DNA of 63,507 nt, filler included, from Pelomyxa schiedti (taxonomy: Eukaryota; Protista; Evosea), in the NCBI GenBank assembly GCA_020536535.1. It is 13 parts of 13 records of this genome, joined end to end, with 100 filler letters (N's around TTAATTAATTAA, not from the genome) between each part and the next. Parts side by side here need not be neighbours in the genome. Positions count along the whole stretch, not along the records: positions 45,634 to 47,501 come from JAHLWZ010002227.1; positions 47,602 to 50,862 come from JAHLWZ010001782.1; positions 50,963 to 52,847 come from JAHLWZ010002221.1; positions 52,948 to 54,155 come from JAHLWZ010002697.1; positions 54,256 to 63,507 come from JAHLWZ010001296.1; 8 more parts are not named here. One strand, written 5' to 3'. Positions 46,595 through 58,690 of this stretch are shown here, piece after piece. Made by a program: the position numbers and the translations under genes. How positions within the stretch are numbered: the first letter of the stretch is position 1; every line of letters starts with the position of its first letter. The notes beneath the pieces were generated by a model. The model was not told the origin of the DNA. It searched no databases and worked only from the letters and a program-made list of their open reading frames with translations.

Positions 46595-49500
46595 ATGAAT
46601 ACGTTACTCGGAGTTGCAACCAATGTGGTACTACATACACAACAACAAAAAACAGAGTTAAAGAGCGAGAGCGTTATGTTTCACAACTTAATAGTTACTG
46701 ACCAACCTGATACAATGATGATGACCTGATACTTTGTAAAACATGCAACAAACTGTAAAGAGCCAGGATAACCATGAAGAAAAGATGTGGGCTGCAGTTG
46801 CGTTGCGGTGGCACTTCATCAGCACCTCCCAACAAACAAAAAAAATGATTTAGGCCAAAATCCCTCATTACTCAAAACTTTTTGCTTGGTGGAAAAAAAA
46901 AATTTTTTCCCCTGTAGAAAGGTGTCCATACCAGTCAGGGAAAATCACTGTTCTCTAATGGTGAAGAGAAGCTGCAACATGGTTCAGACCACAGGAATCA
47001 ACTAGCAGAAGAAGCCGTGAATGTCAACAAGAGTTCTCCCCCAGTGCCCAAGAAGCAAAGGAAGGAACCAACTTCAGCCTGACACCAGTGGGGTGTTCCA
47101 CTTGTTCCACATATCGATCCAAGAGTGCTTGGAATTGAAGGGAACAATTCTTCTTTGCTGCAAGTTGCCAGTTCCAATTTGGACTCACATTATTGACCAT
47201 AAAGCAGCCTCAAAGGTGCTTGTTCTCTGTTCCCTTAATCCTTCGCCCATCACAGACATGTTCCAGGGTTATTTGCTCCAAATCCAAATCCAAATCCACA
47301 AAAGACCAACTTTGTGAGTGCAACTCAATTGGGCTGAACCGGATGCCCAAGGCACGACACACAACCAACCAACCAACCAGTGATTGTAAGGAACAACAAC
47401 AACAAAAAAAAAAAAAACAATTTGTCATACCCTCGGAGGGTGTCGGACCCACTCATTGTGCTTGGTATCATTTTTGCCTTGATTCCACTTTGGTGCATCA
47501 GNNNNNNNNNNNNNNNNNNNNNNNNNNNNNNNNNNNNNNNNNNNNTTAATTAATTAANNNNNNNNNNNNNNNNNNNNNNNNNNNNNNNNNNNNNNNNNNN
47601 NACTGATTGAAAGCCAAAGATGTGGTCTTACATCATTTCAATGCAATGTTCGTTGCAACCTTTTTTGGGGGGTGTTCCCAGCAACTCTCCTGTCTCGGCA
47701 TCAAAAGTACTGCATTTTTTTTGTGGCAGGTACTTATGGGCTGCAGTGTGTTCTTGACAGGGAGGAGAACATCCCCTGCCTACCCGCACTTCACCATTCT
47801 CCTCCTGCCGACAGTTTGTGTCGCACTGGGTGCCTCTCTGTCCAGTGAACTCGATCCACCAATTAAGAGAAAGAAAGTGCCTGGTAGAGACACCGTTGTG
47901 GGTCAGGTTCCGGACCAACACCTCGTCGGCCTCTGCGTACTAACGGTGGCGGCAACGAACCTGCCTACGATGACAACGAACTAATTAGTAGGCAACGAGG
48001 TGACTGGGCTGTGGGGTCCCAGAGCACCACCATTGCGTTGAACATGGGGGGGTGCTGTTTACACGCCGGTAAGGAAACCAACAACTAGCAACAACCACTG
48101 GTGGGTGTAATGAATTTTCTGTGTTTGCTTGGGGGTGATGCAAATAAAACAGGTGGGGTTGCTTTCTTATGTTGCAACGACTCATATATCCTTGCTCTAA
48201 AAACCCAAAACGCAAAGGCCTTCTCTGTTTATTAAATGAGCCGGCAAACAACAACCTAAGAAGGACATTCCCTTCACTTCCGGTTATTCATTTCCCTTCA
48301 ATACTATACCCTACATTCAATTCTTTCCTAGAATAAACTAACACCAGTCAAATTGCAAACTAATTGTAAGGCATGTGGAATTGACGTGTGTGGTGTTGTA
48401 AAAAATACAAGTGCTGGAAATCAAACCCACATGAACGTATATGCACATACCAAAATCGAACTTACCCTGAAACTTCAGTGGCAATTAATAATAATTATTA
48501 ATTGGTATCAAAATTAATTACCACCTTAATTCACAGCCAATGCATCTTGCGTTATCACTGATGGCAGAATATACAATGTGTGAGCATGGATACTTACCAA
48601 CCCCAGTCACTACTATCTCTGGAAAGCCAGAGGTTTAATTCTGGCCCTTCAATAAACATTTCACACATTCCCCTGCCAATGTCAAACAAACCTTTGTTAT
48701 AGTTTTAATTTGTTATAGTTTTAAATAAAGACAACAATTTCGTAGTGTACATACTAGAAGAGAGGAATATTGTTTGTTTATCAGCGCTTCTGGTGTCTGT
48801 CCCTAAAATTACTTTTTGTGAGTTTTCCGCTGGGAAGGTACATTTTGTCAGATAGCGCCAGTGAACAGCTGTCTGATGGAAAGATTAACAAACTTGAAAA
48901 ACGAAGTTATCAGCAATACAACAGTTTTATGTTTTAATAATTCAATCCATAGAACTATTAGTAACAAAGCTTGTGCAAGGTGTAGAGATACTATGTCGGG
49001 TCAATTGTAATTTCCCGCGGTACATCAACTCAGAGATTGTAGGATCATTCCAATCTTGGTGATTTCGCCATGACTTTGACTCTCTGTATCAAAGACTTGG
49101 GAAATATTAGTAGTAGAATTGTAACAAGGAACTCTAGGTATGCCGGAAATTCAAAAGTTGATTGTAGTTTTAGAAAGATACAAATCTAATGTCACCACTT
49201 ACTTGATTTGAGTTGTCATTTATTCAGTACAAAGTCTAAGACTTGAGAACTCTGGGTTTTACAGTCTCAGACTCGAACAATTAATATAATTATTAGTTGT
49301 TTTTGACTGTTTACATACATTTGAGGGTCCTTTGCAAAGGAAACACTGAATACAGGAAGCTACAGCAATCTACACTGGAGGTTCAAGCCGACAAAACACC
49401 AGGGATGAAAAACAGTGGATACCAATCCTTTTCTAATTCATAATGCCGCAACATGGGCAAATGGAAGGTCCTATAGGGTGTTGGAATCCAATGCCAGTGG

Positions 49501-50559
49501 AAAGAAGTACATTCTAGTTGTGTGTTGGAGTCCTGCAATACAAACATGCAGCAATGTGGAAAGTCCTCTCTCTGTTTTGCGGAGTTCTTGTACTCAACCG
49601 GATATTCCCAGCACTGAAGCGCACATTTTTGGCACTGGCAGCATGCATCTTGCAACATAAATGACGTTTCCATTTTATAAGCAGTTAATGCTCATAGAGG
49701 TTGAAGAATTACTCTGAGAAAGAAATTTTCAATTTAATATTCATTGAAAACATCATTTTTAAGTGAGGAATACATACTAGTGTTTTGGTTGCACTGTCTG
49801 TTCACACTGATTAAACGCAAATCTGTGTATCAATTTTCAGAATTGTCAAAGAACCGGCGAATCAGTTTATCAAGCCTAAATGATTTTATATTGGTAAATT
49901 CGATTTCCCTGCAGGCACATTGCAGAACCCTTTTGGATGAGATTGTTAGTAACGGAATTCTATTGTAGAAAGCTCTGAATATACCAAGATTTGCCAACAC
50001 TAACACTTGTTCTACGACCGCCCTGAGTGGAAAGACTCAAAGGCTAGATGAGGCAAAAATTTCCAACCATAAGTGCAACCTATGGACACTGTGTTGCACA
50101 AGCCAGATCAATATATGGCAATTCCACACCTAGCAAGAAAGAAGCATCCAAAAGGGAAAAAAAAAAGAACATACCCACTACTCACTCACAGAACAACGAA
50201 CAACCATTGTGCATTCCAGACAGGAATATGCCGCATCAATGACCCCAGTGAGTGAGCACCAAACAGAACATATGCACTCCGCTGTGTTTGTCAATCACCC
50301 TCATTACATATCAGCTTGCGATCCTCACAGCATAATCTATTGTTGCCGCGCTCCGAAAATTCCCTGCTAAGACGCGTTGAAAATATGAGAAAAAGAAAGA
50401 GCAATAACAAGCTACTACTATTAGTATTATGACTTGATAAGTTGAGCGCGTGGCCCCCAACAGCCAGGGTGAAAATAAGTTGATCGTTCTCTTCTGCCCT
50501 AGTTCTTGCCGTCGTAAGGAAAATGGTGGAGCCCTCATCACCAACAGGGAGAGTATGTA

Positions 50560-50862
50560 CTACAACACCAACAGCACGCGCTGGGCAGGATGCGCGTGCA
50601 CATATGGTACTGGATGTGTCACGTCTCGTGTGGGACATGGTCGTGTCCCGCGGTTGGCTCGACAGCACAACACCCGCCGCCGACTACGATAACGGCCGAG
50701 AATGCTCTTGCACATTGTCCGATGACGACGCGCACTCATCGTCATCGTCATCGTCATCGTCGTCGTCGGGGGGTGGCGACGTGACACTGTTCAGGGTGGC
50801 CGAGGCAATGTTCCCGCTCGTGGCACTCGTGTCGAAGAGGGTGCTCAAAAACATCGCAACCA
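50560..50862 (+). pseudogene. HPRCG-family-like fragment
   Basis: ARAGQDARAH..VSRLVWDMVV resembles the HPRCG...RLVWEW segment. Truncated. Confidence 0.45.
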
Positions 50863-51948
50863 NNNNNNNNNNNNNNNNNNNNNNNNNNNNNNNNNNNNNN
50901 NNNNNNTTAATTAATTAANNNNNNNNNNNNNNNNNNNNNNNNNNNNNNNNNNNNNNNNNNNNTGCCGTCTGAGGACTGACACATAAGAACCAAGCAAAGC
51001 CTAAGTGGCATCTAGAGATTCTTATAAAATGCTACACCTTCATTCCCCAGCAAAAAACACAATCTGTGTGCCATCCACACATAGGTCCACCCAACAAACA
51101 ACAGTCACTTATTAATCAATACCGTTTTCATTCTTTTTGGGTGACTCAGGAACAACAACAAAGTTTTACCAAAAAAGACCTGTTGTGAATGGAGGAGAGC
51201 ACAGCACTTGTGTTCTGTTGCAGCCTTTTGGAGTCCTGGTTTGTTTTTTTGTACCCTAATGCTAATCGTTTGTGCTACAAAATCACTAATCAGGGTCCCG
51301 GTTGTAGGTCCAACACCCAACTAGGACCCCTAAACACCTGATTTGGAGAAGACGAAAGATAGGGTACACCTGCAATACCTTGTCAGTATACACCCAGAAA
51401 GAGTGCCACAGCAAGTTGAAAGGTACTAAACTCAGTGGCACCCACAAAGGGAACTTGGCGACCCTCTACTAGGATAATGAGAGCGGTGATCAACAAGGAG
51501 AAGAACCAGGGCCGTTTGGGGTGCGTGTTGAGATCCCTGCAGGGGTGTCGTGGTATACAGCAGCAGCTGTTCCAAGCTCAGAGTGCTGGTGGTGATGATG
51601 GCGGTCTTGTTCAGGATGCGATGTTTGTTGGGGTCAATCACACCTGTTGGGAGCAGGCCAAATATGTTGAAGTTGTGAAATGGAGATCGCGTTTTCTCCG
51701 CTCTTCTTCTTAGTAATTCTTAGTAGTCTCTACTAAGAGCGTCTCTGCGTTATAAAAAGTTCACATTACGTACAACGACGCTGACTATACACCGCCCCCG
51801 CACACACAACAACCTTCGTAGGCTTTGTAACTTTGTGAATTAACGCCAAAAAAAGATCTGTTTGTTTCAACTTGGTTTCAGTTGATGCTGATTCGTGCCT
51901 TTGGCTATTTTTACGGTACGGTAAGAAGGTGGTAGCAGAGCCTCACTT

Positions 51949-52037
51949 GGCTGAATAAAAAAAACACCAGACCGCCGATCCTGAGCGATGATAACGAAAA
52001 GTACAGTGTTCCGGTCTGTTGATTTTTTTATTCAGCC
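51949..52037. mobile_element. 89-bp MITE-like element with 26-bp terminal inverted repeats and ACTT target-site duplication
   Basis: GGCTGAATAAAAAAAACACCAGACCG and CGGTCTGTTGATTTTTTTATTCAGCC (2 mismatches). ACTT at 51945-51948 and 52038-52041. Confidence 0.7.
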
Positions 52038-52049
52038 ACTTGAATATGT

Positions 52050-52135
52050 GGCTGGGATAAAAATTCCAGACCGCCTATCCTGAGCGACGATAACGAAAAT
52101 GACAGCGTTCCGGTCCGTTGATTATTTTATGGCTC
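52050..52135. mobile_element. Second, diverged copy of the MITE-like element
   Basis: GGCTGGGATAAAAATTCCAGACCG..CCTGAGCGA.GATAACGAAAA..TTCCGGTCCGTTGATTATTTTAT. Confidence 0.6.
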
Positions 52136-52567
52136 ATTGTAGCTTTTTCTGCTGGGAGTTTGGTTGTATTCCTCCTAACTGAAATTTGCGTTCCACCTAG
52201 ATAAACAGTCGACACACTTGTATGGAATAAGAGGTATATTATTGTTGCGAGATATCTTTCATACTCACCCCGGTTTGCCTATCCAATACTATACAACATC
52301 TCAAACTCTCACTAGGCAGCAGAGTTTCCACAAGGAATGGCTCTCCTGCAAATCGAGAACATTTAATCTGCTAAATTGAGCCAGCAAAAATGCAACATCC
52401 ATGCTTGTCAGCAACACTTTGTGCACCTCTGGCAATAATACCTCTTCTTTTTCTTCCCTATTGATTGAACTCTTCCAACTTGTCGCGCTTTGTGTGGCGT
52501 AGACAACGCCTGGACGAATTTCAGTGCGCCAAACGTCAGCAGCGTAACCAGGAAAGAAAATCAAGTC

Positions 52568-52847
52568 ATGAGTCAACCAGGGCCGCAACTAGAGCCGCTT
52601 GTAGTGCGCGTGGCGCAGCCGCAGCCGGATCACGTCGTGTGGGCTCGCGACCAGTTCCAGTTCGTTGCGTTGGCCGCGTGCGTCTCGGTGCCTCGCTGCG
52701 GCGCGCTGAGCCCAGCCGCCGCCCTGCCTCTGCACATAGTGGCCGACGAGATCGGGGCGAGCTTTGTCATGCAAGTGGATAGGAGCGTCGTCGCGACCGG
52801 CTACGGCGCGTTCTGGGGGGGGCGCTTGTTCGTTGGGGTGTCGCACA
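52568..52847 (+). CDS. HPRCG-family gene (different subfamily), 5' fragment
   Basis: WARDQFQFVALAACVSVPRCGALSPAAALPLHIVADEIG..LFVGVSH. Confidence 0.7.
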
Positions 52848-52947
52848 NNNNNNNNNNNNNNNNNNNNNNNNNNNNNNNNNNNNNNNNNNNNTTAATTAAT
52901 TAANNNNNNNNNNNNNNNNNNNNNNNNNNNNNNNNNNNNNNNNNNNN

Positions 52948-53211
52948 ATGCTTCCTCCCACCAACAAGTTCATTGGAAAGTTCAAACAAGACATGTGCAC
53001 CTTCTCCACTGAGTTGCTCCCTCCACTCCCTCCTCAGCAATGGAACAACAACAACACCACCACGGCCGCCATCACGGCAACAGCAACGGCAGCAAGACCC
53101 ACTGCCAGAGTGAACGGCACCATTGCGCAGGTTCTTGTTGGGATGATGTCACGTGATCGCCCCACCAGGCTGTCTGCTTCTGATGCTCTCAACTCATTGC
53201 ACTCAATTTAA
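52948..53211 (+). CDS. Protein kinase C-terminal fragment
   Basis: LPPLP...VLVGMMSRDRPTRLSASDALNSL resembles kinase subdomain XI. Confidence 0.5.
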   Translation: MLPPTNKFIGKFKQDMCTFSTELLPPLPPQQWNNNNTTTAAITATATAARPTARVNGTIAQVLVGMMSRDRPTRLSASDALNSLHSI

Positions 53212-54471
53212 ATTGGAGAACACCACCGCACATTCATTAGACGCTGAACTCACTTTGTTTCCAAACTCCTCTAGGAACGGTAAATACCTCAATAACAGTG
53301 GAGGAAACGTCATCAGGGATCAACCAAAACCAAGTGATTATTATCGATAAAACGCAAGAGCACTGCAAGCAAGAGCAGTGCCAGAGAGGGGCCCAACAAG
53401 CCTAACTCAACAATACTAAGTGTAAGAGGGCAGACCCTGAGCTTGATCAGGTGGCGCTTCCACTTCTTATCACAATGACACTGTAACAAGTGCACAGCAC
53501 ATACTCACGAAAGAACCTTAGGAGTCGCTGCCCCCTCCTCCTTTATTCTCATCATTATTTTGTTGCTCATCCACATCACAATTTTTTTCGTTGATTTGAT
53601 TTGTGTGCCTTTTCTTGCCAGTCGTGAGCCAACACAACCACAGGCCTTGCACCACAACCAACACGGCAGTGTTTTCTCCAAGAAGCACTTGGGTCGACAA
53701 AAAACCTGAAAGTCTTTTCGTTTTTGTCTCCCACAATTCCCTACCGGAGAAATTATTGGTGAGCAAAAAAGAAATAATCATCAAAAGCGACCACAGCCGG
53801 ACCCAATCCACAAAAGAAGAGAACACCTTCCCGGGGATTGCTCCCCAACAAAGTTAGTAACTCGGACCAGCACGCCTGGAACTTGGCCCCTGCCTCCCCC
53901 GGACGCGAAAATCTCCCAATATTCTGGTGGGCTTGGGGTAAACTCAGGGTGGAAGGACCTTGAAGTGTGAGGGCTTTTTTTTTTTGTTCGTTTGTTCTTG
54001 GTTTTGTTTTTGTTTTTGGTTTTGGTTTTTCGTGTCGATTTTGATTGGTTGGTTGATTGTAGCGTAGGAGGCAAATCCCAATCAACACACCATTTTAATA
54101 TTAATGTTGGTTGTGGACCTGCACATCCAACCTTCTGGAGTTGTATCTGTATAGGNNNNNNNNNNNNNNNNNNNNNNNNNNNNNNNNNNNNNNNNNNNNT
54201 TAATTAATTAANNNNNNNNNNNNNNNNNNNNNNNNNNNNNNNNNNNNNNNNNNNNTCTGGCCTAAAAAGTACGTTGACCGCGAAAAACCAAGCCAATCAT
54301 TCATATTGGGTGCTATTGGCACAATGCCATGGCACTGCACGGTAACGGCGTGACCACAACCCACAACCGACACCAACGTCGAGCATAATTAATAATGTGT
54401 CCGTAGAATAGAAAAAGGGAAAAATGGCTGCGTGTGGAACCGATTTACCAGAACCCGATGATTGCAAGTTG

Positions 54472-54556
54472 GGTTAAAAATTCCGAGTCGGGTTTAAAAT
54501 TCCGAGTCGGGTTTAAGTTTTGCGAGTCGGATTTTTGCTTTTGTGAGTCGGTTTTT
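54472..54556. repeat. 19-21 bp tandem repeat (core GAGTCGG), about 4 copies
   Basis: TTAAAATTCCGAGTCGGGT twice, then TTTTGCGAGTCGGA and TTTTGTGAGTCGGT. Confidence 0.75.
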
Positions 54557-54660
54557 AAGGGCCTACTCGATTACCATAATCCTACGATTCCCCGAAGGAA
54601 CGGAAATCTTTCTCTTTGAAATAAATAAGGCAGTTCTAATTCCATTCTATTGTCCAAACA

Positions 54661-56921
54661 ATGAGTCACGACGGCGGTGAGGCACATCCCATAACTACCA
54701 CTACGACCACTCAAAGTGGCGATCGTGAAGACCTGCTCGTCAGTGTACTTCAACAGAGTGTGTGGTCTCACTCCATTATGGGATAACACAGTCAATGGGT
54801 CTTGGATTAGCCAACAAATTATAATTGCCACCACATTTCATACAGTTGGTATTAATACTATTTGCTAAAATACATAGGACTATCACCCCAGAGTGGAGCT
54901 AATTCAACCTCCCCTGGTCCTCAACCTACGAGGTACAATACGCCCAATGATTTCAAGTTCATTTTCGACGCCCTGCAGGCCCTTGTATTGTACCAGTCTC
55001 GGAAATACCCTCAGGCACTACCACTTGGTGTGTATTATGTTCCATTGTTATGTGAGAAATGACCTTTGTTTTAGCCCCTTCTGGAGATTCACCACTTGGC
55101 AAATCTGTTGTTGATGAGTTCCTTAAATGGTTCTCATCAAAGGGTGGTGTATTGAACAATGCAACTATTGGGCTATCTTTTCCTGAAGGCAATGGCCTTC
55201 TGGCTACTGCTCCAATTCCAGTTCGACTGAGTCTATGTTACGTTAAATGTATTAATTTTATGAAGGAAGGAACTCTTGTAGTCCAAGTCCCCTCGAACGC
55301 AATGATAACAGAGACCACGGCACTTGATTCACCAATTTCTTCCCTGATTGGAACGGGCATCTCGCGCAGTTCTCCATCTGTATTACTGGCTCTCTATTTG
55401 TTGTATGTGTAACCCATTGATAGCTCTTGTTATTGTAATGACGATTCTGTACTTTTACAGGCACGAGAAGAGTAAACCCTCTTCCCAATGGGCACCTTAT
55501 CTCAGCATGCTTCCCAAGTCCTATGGAACGCCTTTATATTTTACTTGGCAAGAGCTTTCAGCTTTAGAAGGATCTCCTGCATTTTGTATTCTCCCCATCT
55601 ACCGAACTTATTCCCACTGATTTTTTCCTTCTCTTCTCTAGCTGAATGCTGCTTGTGCATACGGAGTACAGCAATGCAGTACTGTCACCTGTTGGGTCTT
55701 TTTAAGAACAATCAAGAAGTTATCGCCCCTCAGTTTCTCACTTTCTCTGAGTATGCCTGGGCTATGTCCGTTGTTCTCACAAGACAAAATCGAATTCCTC
55801 GACCCTCGTCGCCCATGGGTATTGAGTTAAATTCCAACTAGCATCAATTAATGGCTCAAAGAAATTGCGCCTGACCCTAGTATGATAGCTCTGATTCCAA
55901 TGTGGGATATGTGCAATCATTGCCAAGGAAAAGTAGTTTTCAATTCAAAAAAATTCATTCTGCCTTACTAAGTTCGGTAGGTAACAACGTTTTTAAACTT
56001 CGAGACAAGAGCCCTAGAAATGTTTTCTCTCCGAGAATTTCCTTGTGGTTCTCAAGTATTGTTAATTCTGCAACTCAAGCAGACCAGTGACTCCTTCAGA
56101 TTTATATGAACTATGGCATAAGGACGAATGCCCAACTTCTTGTAAACAGCGGATTTGTCTACAATGACAACACAGATGACACACTACTTGTTCCAGAAAG
56201 TGAAATTCCAAGTCAACAAGGATTGTATGGTGAGAGTAGTGCAGCAATTCAAAGAGTGAAGCTTCTGCAACAATGTGGTCTCCAAGTGTATGACCCACTC
56301 CTGTCCGATTTCGTTTAATTTTACACAGAAAACCTGGATCAATACAGTCGTTGTCCTTCAATAAGAAAGGACTTCCCAACACAGACCTTCAAGTGTATTT
56401 AAATGTTGTCTCTCTTGGGGACGAAACGGTACTTTCAGGAAAAATTACCGCCAGGTATGCAATAGCATTATTAGTGAAAAACATTCTTATTTTCTAGGGA
56501 AATTATGGCTTCTCCCATGCACGCAAAACTTGTTCCCGTACTGTGTTCTAAGCTTCTCGCTCGCTATCCAACTTCCATCAAGGTTTAAACTTTTCCTCTT
56601 ATCCAATCAGAGCCATAATGCACTCTAAAGGATGACGTTTCCAACTTGAAGACAATTCCACCAAATCAACCAAACATGCGGAACATTGTCACTCTCCTTC
56701 TCTCGGAAAAGAAAATACTCCTCACAGCAATGCAAGCTGCCCAAGAAATCTGCCGAGACCTTGTTCCCTCTCCCACAATCCCACCACAACAGCCACCCTC
56801 CTCTACAACTGCAACCGCATCCGCGCCCTCCACACAACCAACTCCCAACCCCACATCAACAACGCCCAAGCCAAACAAAAAACGCAACAAAAAAAAGAAG
56901 TCAGCACACAGCAAGTCTTAA
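54661..56921 (+). CDS. SETD3: SETD3-like (actin-histidine) methyltransferase
   Basis: FLKWF, EGNGLLAT, WAPYLSMLPKSYGTPLYF, YAWAMSVVLTRQNRIP, ALIPMWDMCNH, IYMNYGIRTNAQLLVNSGFVYNDNTDD. Confidence 0.85.
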
Positions 56922-56987
56922 GAACAAAAACAAAATTCAACAACTAAACTCAAACGCAACAAACTCAAAGGAGAAAATTAAGTTGTA

Positions 56988-58458
56988 TTATGACTTGTTT
57001 GCAGGTGGTGTGTCTTTCTTGCTGGAAGAGGAAGGTGCTGATTCTTTTGTGGTAGTTGCTGGAGTGGTTGTGGTTGAGGATTCTGCATCAGCCTTGCGTT
57101 CGGCGTCTTTGTATTCAAGCTTGTTCAACACCAGTTCGTGGAGGGCTACAACTGAACGAATGAGACTGCTCATGTATATGGCTAACAGCATGTCGTTCGA
57201 CTTGACAGCGAACGACTTGCTGTACTGTGTAGTGTTGAGATTGGGCACGAGGTTGAATATCTCTTGAATTTGCTGCACAATCTTGTGGTTTACAGGTAAT
57301 CTTCCACTTTGTACGTTAAGTAGGTATTGTCGCATTTCCTTTTTTATGATTATAAAGATGTTTTGGAAAGATGTTGCGTTAATTTAGAAAGAAGCGGAGA
57401 TAGGGAGCCTACATCGACTTTGGATTCAAGTGACCTCAGAGCAACCATTTTGTGATTGACCTGCTGGGCCACTGTGCCAACAGTCGTATCTTGAATATCA
57501 CGAAGAAGGTGCTCCACACCAACTGCATTCTAGTCAATCGTTTTCAAAAAATATTGATTGAAACCTTCTTCAGCATCAAAACTTCCAACATCAGAAGTGA
57601 TGTGTTGGAACGTCTTCGTTGTAACCGGTGTAATGACTCCTCCTTCCCCAACAACCTTAAGTACAACTAATGAGTACATTTCAACACCCAAGAAAACAAA
57701 CTTCGGCAACTTCCTCAGCACCAATGTATGCCTGAATAGGCAAACTCAGCTCATCCTTTGGTTGAACATCAATGATAACTAAGACAGGGTGCGGTGTGTA
57801 TCGTCGCATGACTTCACCAATTTCAATATCACATGGCCTTATCTTTGGGCCGGTGCTATACCAACCTACAATGTTCTCACGAGCTTTGAAATATAGTTAG
57901 ATCAAAGCAAGACAGAGAGTTTTGTAAGAAGTACCATTGACTTTTCGGTACATGGCGTACATATTCTCAACGTAGTTGTGATCAAAGAACCATACTCTAG
58001 GATCATTCCTGTCATCATCCGCGGGAACTAGTGTTTTGTGTTATTCGAATGGCATGGACAATAATAGAAGGCAGGCACACACACACACACATACACACCG
58101 ACCACCAAAACCAAAAACCAAATCTCGCGCAAAACAAAAAAAAAGAAAAGAACACACAATCATAACAACAATAAGGCAGATACACACCGGCGAAGCTGTT
58201 GGTGACGTCGACGACGCCCCTGTGTACGCCACCAAGCAAGACACCAACCACGCGGCCCTGGCGTTCCGTGGCGCCCTCGCGGGTGTAGTGGTCCACGGTG
58301 CTCAGGAGAACCAAGGGGTGGACAACGACCCGCGAGAACGGCACACCTTTGCTCGGTGCCGTCGTGCCTTCCGTGCCTGTGGGCTTACTTGTTGTGGTAG
58401 ACTTGTTGTTGGTCCCCGGCTTCTTGGGTGGTGGCGCTCCGTCGTTCGTCTTGCCCAT
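56988..58458 (-). CDS. PSMD7: 26S proteasome lid subunit Rpn8
   Basis: [85 protein letters not shown]. Confidence 0.95.
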
Positions 58459-58690
58459 TGCTTCTTTGTTTTATTTATTTTTTTTTTTTTGTTTTTCCGT
58501 ATCAATCAAACTCATTTCGTCGAACGAAGGCACTGACAGCTTGGGATAATCTTCAGGATTCCTTGTATCATGTTACGTAAGGGTACCCCCAATACTAAGG
58601 CATCAGAAACTCGGAGTACCGAGCGAATGAGTCCTGTTTTCCTTCCGAGAACTACTGCTGTTGTTTGAAAATTAGGTCTTTCTTTCGAGA

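Noticed and set aside
48590-48600. ATACTTACC as the 5' end of U1 snRNA
   Set aside because: No U1 stem-loops or Sm site follow. It is simply the complement of a splice donor consensus.
51975-52010. Hammerhead ribozyme (CTGAGCGA...CGAAA)
   Set aside because: The core does not fit CUGANGA spacing and no stem II can form. TIRs plus a TSD explain the element better.
9049-54255. Recurring TTAATTAATTAA palindrome as a biological repeat, and gene neighbourhoods across it (for example a 'ubiquitin cluster' of CUL4, F-box, ZZ and RING genes)
   Set aside because: It is an artificial linker embedded in N runs, so genes on different sides are not physically linked.
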